Source: Candidatus Dojkabacteria bacterium
GTDB lineage: Bacteria; Patescibacteriota; Dojkabacteria; JAOAGR01
Reading direction: 5' to 3'
Length of the DNA: 64,000 nucleotides
Assembly (NCBI GenBank): GCA_025999155.1
Contig: AP026679.1
Coordinates: 514,135 to 578,134 of the forward strand
The position numbers were made by a program, and so were the translations under genes. Position 1 is the first letter of the stretch; every line of letters begins with the position of its first letter. The notes under the pieces were generated by a model. It worked only from the letters and a program-made list of their open reading frames with translations. It did no database searches and was not told the DNA's origin. This document shows positions 29,091 to 38,494 of the stretch, one piece after another.

Positions 29091-30515
29091 TTACAAAATT
29101 TTTTCGGCAAAATATACTTTTAGTTCATTAACGTGTATTCTTTCCTGATTCATCGAGTCGCGATCTCGTACCGTGGTAGTGTTGTCCTCTAATGTTTGGT
29201 AATCTACTGTAATACAATAAGGTGTTCCGATTTCGTCTTGACGTCGGTAACGTTTCCCAATTGAACCTGATTCGTCATATTCACAAATATAAAGTTTTTT
29301 CAGATTGTTAAATATCTCTTTTGCTTTGCGTATTAGAACTTGTTTTTTCATGAGAGGTAGTATAGCTATTTTAACAGGAGATAATCTTGGATCGAGTCTA
29401 AGTAAAATACGTGTATCTTTTTTTCCGCTGCCTTCGTTGTCTGTTGTCAATATCTCTTGTTCATGATATGCATTGTCTAAAAACATCATTAACAGTCTAT
29501 TTAATCCTGCTGATGTTTCCATTATATGAGGTATGAATTTTTCGTTTCTTTCTGGGTCAAAAAAGTCAAGTTTGATTCCAGAATATTTAGAGTGTTGAGA
29601 TAAGTCCCAATTACCTCGAGCATGGATGCCTTCAACTTCGGCAAATCCGTCTAGAGAATCAAATTTATATTTAATGTCATAAGCATCTGTTGCATAGTGT
29701 GCGAGCTTCTCATGCTTGTACCATTGCAATTTATTTTCAGGTATACCGTATTCTAGATACCAGTTCCACCTAAACTGCTTCCACTCTTCATATTTTTGTT
29801 TTGTGTCATCTGGGTGATGGAAATATTGCATTTCCATTTGTTCAAATTCTCGTGTGCGATAAATGAACTGTCTTGCGACTATTTCGTTACGAAATGCTTT
29901 ACCAACCTGGGCTATACCAAAAGGAAATTTTGGATGTAATGTTTCAACAACATTTTTGTACTCAAGATAAATACCGCCACATGTTTCAGGTCGAAGATAT
30001 ACCACATCTTCATCATTTAGTTTGTCAACGGTAGAGCCCAAGTTAGATTTAACCATCAGAGAAAATCTTCTTGCTGATGTTAATTCTTTGCTGTCACAAT
30101 TAGGGCATTTCAAATTACCAGCATGCCGCAATGCATCAAGTTCGGCATTAATTTCATCAATTGAAGCTTTATCGTCAATCTTTATACCAAATTCTTCAAG
30201 CAAATGATCTGCTCTATACCGTAGTTTGCAATGTTTACAATCTACCATTGGGTCATCGAAGCTATCCACATGTCCCGAAGCTATCCATGTTTTTGGATGC
30301 ATGAATATTGCTGAATCAAGTAAAGTGACATCGTCTCTATCTTGTATCATTGATTTAATCCAGGCATTTTTTATGTTTTCTTTAAGTAAATATCCGTAAT
30401 GTCCGTAGTCGTAAATACCACCCAATCCTCCGTATATTTCACTTGATGGATAGACAAACCCTCGTGTTTTACAGAATGAAGTAAATTTATCTAAAGTTAA
30501 TCTTTGCATGTGCAT
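29091..30515 (-). CDS. glyQS: Glycine--tRNA ligase (dimeric, eukaryote/archaea-like GlyRS)
   Basis: The motifs FVYPSSEIYGGLGGIYDYGHYG, RPETCGGIYL and the class II motif 3 region match GlyRS. It contains a C-x2-C...C-x2-C insertion (CKHCKLRY...CPNCDS). Confidence 0.9.
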   Translation of the reverse strand: MHMQRLTLDKFTSFCKTRGFVYPSSEIYGGLGGIYDYGHYGYLLKENIKNAWIKSMIQDRDDVTLLDSAIFMHPKTWIASGHVDSFDDPMVDCKHCKLRYRADHLLEEFGIKIDDKASIDEINAELDALRHAGNLKCPNCDSKELTSARRFSLMVKSNLGSTVDKLNDEDVVYLRPETCGGIYLEYKNVVETLHPKFPFGIAQVGKAFRNEIVARQFIYRTREFEQMEMQYFHHPDDTKQKYEEWKQFRWNWYLEYGIPENKLQWYKHEKLAHYATDAYDIKYKFDSLDGFAEVEGIHARGNWDLSQHSKYSGIKLDFFDPERNEKFIPHIMETSAGLNRLLMMFLDNAYHEQEILTTDNEGSGKKDTRILLRLDPRLSPVKIAILPLMKKQVLIRKAKEIFNNLKKLYICEYDESGSIGKRYRRQDEIGTPYCITVDYQTLEDNTTTVRDRDSMNQERIHVNELKVYFAEKIL

Positions 30516-30761
30516 ACAGTATTAATAAACTCACATATATTAGCATATATTAGCTAGTATCAATTAAATAGTATTACTCTCATTTAACTGATGTCCATAA
30601 ATCATATTCACGGACTACACAATTTTAACATACAAATATATTTATCCAGAAGAATCCACTAAATAAGCGTAAACATAAAACAAACCACAATTCAAAACTA
30701 AATCAACTGACTATAAAATTTATCTAATTTGTGTAGAATAACAGCATTATTTGCAGCAATG

Positions 30762-31826
30762 TTACACAACAGTCAAAACCTCACAAGAATCCTTTTTACA
30801 CACGATCATATCTTCTATTCGAATTCTGTGTTGTGACTTTGTTAGGATTTCAGGCTCTAATGTAAAAACCATATTTTCTTGTAATTCAAAGTCTTTATAT
30901 TTTTCGGTCACTAAAAAGGGAGCTTCATGCACATCAAAGCCAATTGAATGGCCTAAATCCTGAAATTCCAAAGAATCTCCATTCAGTCCTAAAGCATTTA
31001 ATTTCTCTATGTACATTTCCTTTATGTTTTCTAATTTCACTCCAGGCCTAAGAGTGGAGATAATTTCATAATGAACCTGTTTTAATAGGTCGTATTCGTT
31101 CTTTATATTATTTTCCGTAGTAAAAAACATTCGTGTAATATCGGTATACAGTCCTTTGTAAATTAGACCCATATCAATACAAATCGAACTACCTTTTTTA
31201 ATGACTTTAGTAGTAGGAAATTTAACAGTGGAGTTTAGTAAGTCATCATCTGTAGTTATGGATACTGGGAATGCCAGGCCTTCTGCTTTGGAAAAAATAT
31301 TGATCTTCAGTTCTCTTTCAATTTCCTCTTCAGTGGTATCTTTTTGTATATATGTGTTTACCTGAGATATAATTGAGCTAAGTATTTGAGCTCCTTCGCG
31401 TAATGTAAAAATTTCTTCGTCTGTTTTTTGCCACAAAAGGCCAGCGACAGAGTCATTTAGATCTACAAATTTATAATCATCATTTATGAGCGATCTAATG
31501 TGATGATAAGGTACATCTCCTATTAACCCGACAATTTTGGCTTGACCAATAGCTTTTTGAATACCAGGAGTTGGATTTGTCTCATTAATTTCTATTATTT
31601 CGACATCTCCTACTACCCTAGCAAGGTTCGCTACAAGATAGCTTATTTCGAGAAAACCATAACTACCGTTTTTATTTATAAAAATATAGTTATAGAGCAG
31701 GGGTCTAACGCGAAACAACCAATTACTGTATTTGTACTTTTCGTTAGTGGAGTAGATCAGTAAGCTATCAAGTTGATAATGACTAAGGATACTCTCCAAT
31801 AACCGTAATCTATGCGAGTTAATCAT
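30762..31826 (-). CDS. pepP: M24 family Xaa-Pro aminopeptidase/prolidase
   Basis: Creatinase-like N-domain plus the pita-bread C-domain, with HSIGFDVHEAPFL and FTLEPEI carrying the metal ligands. Confidence 0.75.
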   Translation of the reverse strand: MINSHRLRLLESILSHYQLDSLLIYSTNEKYKYSNWLFRVRPLLYNYIFINKNGSYGFLEISYLVANLARVVGDVEIIEINETNPTPGIQKAIGQAKIVGLIGDVPYHHIRSLINDDYKFVDLNDSVAGLLWQKTDEEIFTLREGAQILSSIISQVNTYIQKDTTEEEIERELKINIFSKAEGLAFPVSITTDDDLLNSTVKFPTTKVIKKGSSICIDMGLIYKGLYTDITRMFFTTENNIKNEYDLLKQVHYEIISTLRPGVKLENIKEMYIEKLNALGLNGDSLEFQDLGHSIGFDVHEAPFLVTEKYKDFELQENMVFTLEPEILTKSQHRIRIEDMIVCKKDSCEVLTVV

Positions 31827-32074
31827 AACTGGTAATTATTGTAATTGTTAATTAATTAGTCTGCAAGATGTACTTCTCCAAGTTGGTGACACATCGAATA
31901 TATTTTACAAGCAGTCCTTATACTCCAGTCCGATTCCCGTGTGCATGTAAATTCTAATATTGAGTAATCTATACAATAAGTCAAAACCTAATGAAAGGCT
32001 ATTTTGCTGACAGTGCTTACGTCACTTACTTCCTATTTCTTATGTTTAGGCAAAAATGTAATTTTCCAGCACTT

Positions 32075-33400
32075 TTAATTGTATTTTTCGGCAGTTGTTG
32101 GAAATGGGTTTACTAGCACCTCCGGCCGATCGGGAAATCGCCCTAGAATTTCTTCTGCTGCTTTGAGTACATATGTTCTTACGCCGTCATCCAATAATAT
32201 TAACTTGGACCCACCATCAGATGATGTACCCTTCAAAACATCTCCGAACACACCCTTAATAAAGAGATATTCAGGACCTATATAAGGTGGATGCCCCACT
32301 ATTAATCCTTCCGATGCATTTCTCTGTATATTATCTAAAAACGACATCAGATTCCAGGTCCATCCCTGAATTCGACCAGTGGTTTCTATATATAGCTTTG
32401 GTCCGCCATTTCGTGTGCTTTTCCTATTCAGATAAACTGTAGACAAACCTATTCCTGCATTATTAGGGCGCAATACAGGTATTCGCCAAAACGCAATAAG
32501 ACCCTGATCCTGATTAAAGGTTTCCCCATCAGGATTAATTTTCTGCAGTTCCATGTGAAAATCTACAGCAGTTTGAACAAACTGATTTCGGTCATCAATA
32601 CTTGCAGCTATACATCTGAATATATTGCTCACATCTATTATAGGATGCTTATACACCCACTCCAGTGCCCTTCCTATATTCGTATGTATACCACGATTTT
32701 CCTTGCTTTCCAACATCGCCCAGACCCAGACGGCAGCGAATGATGAAGCCACATATAAAACAGGTATCGAATGTTCAGGATCCTTCGGTGTCACATGTAC
32801 TCCGAAAGAATCCTCCGAAGGATGATAATACAAAATACTTTTTTGTGGGAAATTTTGATATGTTCCTTGCTCGAGCTGTTGTAGCAGTAGCGCAGATGCT
32901 ACGATCCTCAGACTATCAAATCTTTCCCGATTTTGTTTATCCTGGTATTCTGCAAAAGTTGGACTACCTCGGTACCGAGGTCCTCTTAATGCGTCGACTA
33001 AATTTCTCAATGCAGTAGGAGACATTGTAGCTGTTGATGCCATTGTCCCAGGGCGAATATATGGCAATAACCACTTAGGAACAAGATTCTCTCGGGTAGT
33101 CGCTAAGATATTACTAGAGAACTTTATTACACAAGGTTCATACCCTTTTGCCAACAAACCTTCCATTTTTTGTCTGTAGCATCCTACTGCTTGATCTCCG
33201 CTAAGATTATGGTACGCGCCGTTTACTGGAACCTGTTCGGAAGGCCACATTTCGGATACCCCCACGTACCCTCTATACCGATTTCTACGAAGATCATAAC
33301 CCTTGTATGCCGAACCACCAATATTGTAATATTGCGTTTCTAGGATACCTTCTAGGAATTGTTCTGCGTTGATCCCCAAATAATTATAGATCGATTTCAT
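32075..33400 (-). CDS. Hypothetical protein, no recognisable family; locally elevated GC
   Basis: A 441-aa ORF with only short ORFs on the opposite strand. Its composition (about 43% GC) differs from the flanks (33-37%). No motifs recognised. Confidence 0.6.
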   Translation of the reverse strand: MKSIYNYLGINAEQFLEGILETQYYNIGGSAYKGYDLRRNRYRGYVGVSEMWPSEQVPVNGAYHNLSGDQAVGCYRQKMEGLLAKGYEPCVIKFSSNILATTRENLVPKWLLPYIRPGTMASTATMSPTALRNLVDALRGPRYRGSPTFAEYQDKQNRERFDSLRIVASALLLQQLEQGTYQNFPQKSILYYHPSEDSFGVHVTPKDPEHSIPVLYVASSFAAVWVWAMLESKENRGIHTNIGRALEWVYKHPIIDVSNIFRCIAASIDDRNQFVQTAVDFHMELQKINPDGETFNQDQGLIAFWRIPVLRPNNAGIGLSTVYLNRKSTRNGGPKLYIETTGRIQGWTWNLMSFLDNIQRNASEGLIVGHPPYIGPEYLFIKGVFGDVLKGTSSDGGSKLILLDDGVRTYVLKAAEEILGRFPDRPEVLVNPFPTTAEKYN

Positions 33401-33570
33401 AGCTACTCATGTAGATATCAACTACTCTCTAGTGATGTGGGTGGATTATAGCATGATTTTAGTAAGTTGTCTATAGGTATAACTATATATCGCATGTGCA
33501 ATGTGTTAGTATAATAAAACAGTTAAAACGAGCTGTTTTGCTTGTTTTCTCGTTTTGATTTTACTATTGT

Positions 33571-34464
33571 GTGAATATGCATTTGAGTTTTTTTAAGATT
33601 AAAGATTCTTGCTACACTATAAATGTTCCGTACTATGAAATACTTGGTTTTTATGATGGTCCTACGATTTTTTTGTCATCAGGATTCTGTGCACAGGATA
33701 TAAATAGTGTGGACATATTACGTAATTTTATACGTGTATTAAAAACTTCTGAATTATCTAAGAAGATTAAAGGCAGACTTTTAATTTTCCCTATTATTGA
33801 TGTGATAAATTTTGATTATTATAAAGATCGTGATCTAAATAAACGCAGTGTTAAACTTAAACAACCTAATTTACAGAATAATTTATCACGCCAGGTTTTA
33901 GGAGAATTAAGCTATAACTTTTTTCGCAAAAGTGATGCTGGTATTCTTTTTGTTGATTCTCATTCATACTTACACGCCTTACCTTTTGTCAAAGCATATA
34001 AAAATAATGATTTAGATTTTTTGAAGACCTTCGGCAATAAATATATCTTACAATCAACAAAGAATAATTTCTTTATAAGTAATCTGTTTATCAGTTATGG
34101 CACTAGAGTACTTACTGTTGAAGTTGGTTGTGCAGGTTTTCTGGTTTTGAATTCTGTCAAAGATCTGATGCGAAATATCAAAATATTTTTGGCAGAACAT
34201 AAGGCGTTGGATGCAGATATAAAAAGGCCAAATAATTTTATTATGTTAGATTCAAAAACTGGTATCAAAGCGAAAAAAAACGGGGTTATAAATTTAGATT
34301 GTAATTTAAAGCAAAAAGTACAAAAAGGGGATAGATTAGGTAGTATTTATTATCCTACTCTTCAAACAAGTGAAATAATAAAAGCAGATAAAACAGGGAT
34401 AGTTTTTGCTAAGAGAATAAAAAACCTAGTACAAACTGGACAAACTATAGTAACTATTGTTTGA
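33571..34464 (+). CDS. AstE/AspA (succinylglutamate desuccinylase/aspartoacylase, M14-like) family protein, apparently degenerate
   Basis: LLIFPIIDVINFDYYKDRDLNKRSV matches the family motif (N..A...R...DLNR). The position of the HGNE zinc-ligand motif reads SSGFCAQD. The C-terminal beta-hybrid reads GDRLGSIYYP..GIVFAKRI..GQTIVTIV. Confidence 0.4.
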   Translation: MNMHLSFFKIKDSCYTINVPYYEILGFYDGPTIFLSSGFCAQDINSVDILRNFIRVLKTSELSKKIKGRLLIFPIIDVINFDYYKDRDLNKRSVKLKQPNLQNNLSRQVLGELSYNFFRKSDAGILFVDSHSYLHALPFVKAYKNNDLDFLKTFGNKYILQSTKNNFFISNLFISYGTRVLTVEVGCAGFLVLNSVKDLMRNIKIFLAEHKALDADIKRPNNFIMLDSKTGIKAKKNGVINLDCNLKQKVQKGDRLGSIYYPTLQTSEIIKADKTGIVFAKRIKNLVQTGQTIVTIV

Positions 34465-34465
34465 G

Positions 34466-36070
34466 TTAGTATTGATACATACTATTCAAAAATTCTTCAT
34501 TAGATTTAGTTGTCTTCATGCGATCTATCAAAGCTATACTACCATCATCCCCCAACGCCTCAAGCATTTTTCGAATCTTCCAGGAATGATGTAGCATATC
34601 TTGACTTAATAGTAATTCTTCATTACGTGTCCCTGATTCCATTAAATCTATCGCTGGAAAATTTCTTTTATTCGCCATTTTTCTGTCTAGTTTTAATTCC
34701 ATGTTTCCAGTACCTTTAAATTCTTCAAAGATCACATCATCCATCTTAGATCCTGTCTCCACAAGAGCCGTAGCAACGATAGTGAGTGAGGCTCCGTTTT
34801 CAAAATTTCTTGCTGCTCCAAAAAATCTTTTAGAAGGGTATAGAGATACAGGATCTAAACCTCCGGAAAGTGTGCGACCTGATGCAGGAAGAGCTACGTT
34901 GTATGCTCTTGCAAGTCTAGTCAGTGAATCCATAAGAATAATTACATCATGACCAATTTCAACAAGCCTTTTTGCTCTTTCTAGAGATAATTCAGCTACT
35001 AAGACTTGATCTTGCGGAGACTCATCAAAATTAGATGCATATACAATACCTTGGACAGATCTTTCTATATCAGTGACTTCTTCAGGTCTTTCGCCGATCA
35101 GGACTACCATTAATAAAGCTTCCGGGTGATTTGCATTGATACCTTTAGCAATGTCTTTTAAAAGTGTTGTTTTCCCTGCTTTGGGAGGTGCTACAATCAT
35201 TGCTCTTTGTCCAAATCCTATCGGAGCAAGAAGATCAATAATTCTATTGGCTATTGGATATTGACCGCACTCGAGTTTTATTTGTTTATTCGGATAAACT
35301 GGCTTTAATTCATCAAAATTCGGGCGATCCTTTAATTGGTCGACTGGGATGTCGTTGACATTTTTTATCCATAAAAGGGAGTAATATCTTTCATTCTCTT
35401 TCGGAAGTCTTGCTATACCTGTCACAAGGTCGCCTTTTCTTAATTTGAGTTTTTTCACTTGAGATATGGAGATATAAGTGTCTTTATTTGATGGGGCTAG
35501 TTTCGAAGATCTTAGCACACCATGTGTACCGTCAGCCATTATTTCCAAAATGCCGCTTACTTCGACGGTTGGTTCGTTGAGTACTTTCGCATTTATGCTG
35601 TTAGAGTTAATTCCGTTGGTAGGATTATTTTGAGTAGATTGATGTACATTATTAGTTTGATTGTTGCTAGCATTGGTGGATGTCTGGGATCCTTGGACAT
35701 TTTCAGCAGAAACTTGTGTTGATTCCTGTGCACCAGATGTCGATTCATTTGGAAGACCTATCGCTTCTTTGGCGGTAGAATCGCTTTTTTGAATATTTAG
35801 ATTATGTAAATTGGGATCCGATTCATTAGCTATTTTTTTGATCTTGGAATTTGATTTTGAGTTTTTCGACTCTGAATCCTGTTTTGTTGATGACTGTTCT
35901 TTTTGTCCGTGTTGGTAGTCTTTTGTACTACTTTTGTCAGACGAATATTTTTGAGAAATCAGTTTGATGAGTTCCGTTTTTGTTTTTTTACTTATGCCTA
36001 GAATTTTGAGTGATTTTGCAATTTCTTTTAGTTCCTTTAGTGTTTTTGCTGACAAATTATGTACATCCAT
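34466..36070 (-). CDS. rho: Transcription termination factor Rho with N-terminal insertion domain
   Basis: Walker A GQRAMIVAPPKAGKTTLLKDIA, and LMVVLIGERPEEVTD. The protein is 534 aa and carries a ~130-aa N/Q/S/T-rich insert between the N-terminal helix bundle and the cold-shock-like RNA-binding domain. Confidence 0.9.
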   Translation of the reverse strand: MDVHNLSAKTLKELKEIAKSLKILGISKKTKTELIKLISQKYSSDKSSTKDYQHGQKEQSSTKQDSESKNSKSNSKIKKIANESDPNLHNLNIQKSDSTAKEAIGLPNESTSGAQESTQVSAENVQGSQTSTNASNNQTNNVHQSTQNNPTNGINSNSINAKVLNEPTVEVSGILEIMADGTHGVLRSSKLAPSNKDTYISISQVKKLKLRKGDLVTGIARLPKENERYYSLLWIKNVNDIPVDQLKDRPNFDELKPVYPNKQIKLECGQYPIANRIIDLLAPIGFGQRAMIVAPPKAGKTTLLKDIAKGINANHPEALLMVVLIGERPEEVTDIERSVQGIVYASNFDESPQDQVLVAELSLERAKRLVEIGHDVIILMDSLTRLARAYNVALPASGRTLSGGLDPVSLYPSKRFFGAARNFENGASLTIVATALVETGSKMDDVIFEEFKGTGNMELKLDRKMANKRNFPAIDLMESGTRNEELLLSQDMLHHSWKIRKMLEALGDDGSIALIDRMKTTKSNEEFLNSMYQY

Positions 36071-36191
36071 ACAATTAATAACTGTTGGAAAAATAAATTT
36101 TTATAAAACAGGGGGAACTTAATCCACGATCGATTATATACATACAGAAACAAGCTGTCAAATAATAAGTCTATTACTTAGGTGTGAATAA

Positions 36192-37493
36192 ATGATACAC
36201 TGTACCATGTCTACGCGTCGTAAGATAAAAAATATTCTTATTCTCGCTGGTGGTGATAGCGGGAGGTTTTGGCCTTTAGATAATAAAATTTTATGGAAGT
36301 TTTTAGGGATGCCCCTCATAATACACATACTAAAACAGTTAGATAAGTATGGTGATAATATTTATATTATTGGAAATCCAAATAATATTGATTTGATACA
36401 AGAAGTTGTCCTTCAGTATGGATATGCTAATAGAGTCAAAGTTTTGATGCAGAATAGTAAAATGGAAGGTCAAGCTGGTGCGGTAGATTCTGTACAAAAT
36501 GTCGTGAATGGGGAGCTTCTAATCGTAAATGCCTCTGACTATCTTGATTTTTCCGTATTAGAGAAGATTACCACAGAATTACACCGTGAACGTCGTATAG
36601 TTTTGTTTGGAAAAAAATATCCTGATTACTTTCCAGGAGGTTATTTTAAATTTAATGAATCGAATAAAGTTGTTGAAATCATCGAAAAGCCGGGCAAAGA
36701 CAATATGCCATCGGATGTCGTTAAGCTAGTACTAGATTATTTTTCTGATAGTTCTATATTGTTTGAGTATTTATCCAGCACATTAAGCGACAAAGATGAT
36801 ATTTACGAACAAGCATTGAATCGAATCTTGAAGCATGCTGGATACGATAATGATTATCATGTATATGAAGGAGAATTTGTAAGTTTAAAGTATCCTTGGC
36901 ATGTACTCTCAATGATGAAAACTTTTTTGGGGTCTATTAATGCTCAAAGTATTGCTTCTTCGGCAAGAGTCTCTCAAAAGGCAGAAATCATTGGTAATGT
37001 GCATGTAGGCGAGAATGTCGTGATCGGAGATTATGTCAAAATAGTGGGGCCTACTTTTATTGATGATAATGTCTTTATTGGTGATTTTTCTCTGATTCGT
37101 GAGTCTCATATAGGTAAAGAATGTTTAGTAGGTTCATATAGTGAAGTAACAAGAACTTATATTGGAGATAAAGTGTCCTTACATCGAAATTATGTGGGAG
37201 ATTCTGTTTTAGGCAACAATGTATTATGCGGGGCTTTTGCCGTGACCGCGAATTTAAGATTTGATGGAAAAACAGTACATTCTATTGTAGGTGATAGTCT
37301 TATAGACTCCTATTTACCAAAGCTTGGTGCTATTATCGGACATAACTCAAAAATAGGAATTAATACGTCTTTTTTTCCTGGCGTAAAAGTAGGTAGAAAT
37401 ACGTGGATATGGCCAGGTGAAAAGGTGAGTCATGATATTGCGGACAATATGTTTTTTAAAGATGGTAATGCAATAAGTAATACTAAACAATAA
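36192..37493 (+). CDS. Sugar-1-phosphate nucleotidyltransferase with C-terminal left-handed beta-helix (hexapeptide) domain (GlmU/GCD1-like)
   Basis: The N-terminus ILILAGGDSGRFWPL is a G-x-G-x-R NTP-transferase motif. The C-terminal third has [LIV]G-x4 hexapeptide repeats (VHVGENVVIGDYVKIVGPTFIDDNVFIGD...). Confidence 0.6.
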   Translation: MIHCTMSTRRKIKNILILAGGDSGRFWPLDNKILWKFLGMPLIIHILKQLDKYGDNIYIIGNPNNIDLIQEVVLQYGYANRVKVLMQNSKMEGQAGAVDSVQNVVNGELLIVNASDYLDFSVLEKITTELHRERRIVLFGKKYPDYFPGGYFKFNESNKVVEIIEKPGKDNMPSDVVKLVLDYFSDSSILFEYLSSTLSDKDDIYEQALNRILKHAGYDNDYHVYEGEFVSLKYPWHVLSMMKTFLGSINAQSIASSARVSQKAEIIGNVHVGENVVIGDYVKIVGPTFIDDNVFIGDFSLIRESHIGKECLVGSYSEVTRTYIGDKVSLHRNYVGDSVLGNNVLCGAFAVTANLRFDGKTVHSIVGDSLIDSYLPKLGAIIGHNSKIGINTSFFPGVKVGRNTWIWPGEKVSHDIADNMFFKDGNAISNTKQ

Positions 37494-37504
37494 TAAAACC
37501 GATT

Positions 37505-38479
37505 ATGAAAAAAGTTACTGTTTTAGGAGGCGGGACAGGAACATATGTTGTTTTATCTGGATTGAAAAATTATCCTTTGGATCTGGCAGTCATTGTTAAT
37601 ATGGTGGATTCTGGCGGGTCTACAGGAAGGTTACGAGATGCTTTGAAAGTACTACCTCCTGGAGATTTGAGACAATGTTTTCTTGCCTTATCTGAAATAT
37701 CAGATTTATGGAGAAAGTTATTTTTGTATCGATTTGATAGTGGAGAATTAAAAGGCCATAATTTTGGTAATTTATTCTTTGCTGCTTTAGAGAAGGTTTG
37801 CTCAAATTATGATGAAGTTATACAAGCTGCATCTTCGTTTTTCAATATTAAAGGTCAAGTTATTCCGGTTACTTATGAAAATGTACACTTGGTAGCAGAC
37901 TACACTGATGGCAAAACTATTATTGGTGAAGGTAATATTGACGAAAATAGGTCAGATGACGTCATAATTCAAAATGTATATTTATCATCACCTGTAAACG
38001 CTACGCAAAAAGCTATAGAGAGAATTCTTGAATCTGAATATATAATTATTGGGCCGGGAGATATTTACACGAGTATTATTCCAGTTTTATTACCACTTGG
38101 TATACAAGAAGCCTTTTTAAAGACTAGGGCAAAGATTATTTTTATTATGAATCTAATGACAAAAAAAGGACAGACAACCAATTTTACGGCTCAGGACCAT
38201 GTCGATAGTGTAGAGAAATATCTTGGTAGAAGTATTGATTGTGTGTTATTAAACAGTGAGTCTATTCCACAAGATATACTGGATTATTATGCAAGTCATG
38301 GAGAAAAGACCGTGAAGGATGATTTGGATGAAAAAAAATACACAATTATTCGAAAAGATATTCTGGATAATAAACCAGTAAAATTCGATAAAAATGACAT
38401 TCTCTATAGAAGTTTATTACGCCATGACTCACAAAAACTTGCACGTGTGCTATTCAATATATTCGAAAATCTATCTTGA
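37505..38479 (+). CDS. yvcK: YvcK/CofD-family (UPF0052, gluconeogenesis factor / UDP-sugar-binding) protein
   Basis: VTVLGGGTGTYVVLSGLK...AVIVNMVDSGGSTGRLRD is the characteristic N-terminal signature of the CofD/YvcK family. Confidence 0.75.
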   Translation: MKKVTVLGGGTGTYVVLSGLKNYPLDLAVIVNMVDSGGSTGRLRDALKVLPPGDLRQCFLALSEISDLWRKLFLYRFDSGELKGHNFGNLFFAALEKVCSNYDEVIQAASSFFNIKGQVIPVTYENVHLVADYTDGKTIIGEGNIDENRSDDVIIQNVYLSSPVNATQKAIERILESEYIIIGPGDIYTSIIPVLLPLGIQEAFLKTRAKIIFIMNLMTKKGQTTNFTAQDHVDSVEKYLGRSIDCVLLNSESIPQDILDYYASHGEKTVKDDLDEKKYTIIRKDILDNKPVKFDKNDILYRSLLRHDSQKLARVLFNIFENLS

Positions 38480-38494
38480 TAATCGCTTATAACA

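Noticed and set aside
30516-30761. Possible T-box leader upstream of glyQS (245-bp 5' region)
   Set aside because: There is no T-box consensus (AGGGUGGNACCGCG) or specifier/antiterminator architecture on the minus strand. The region is simply AT-rich.
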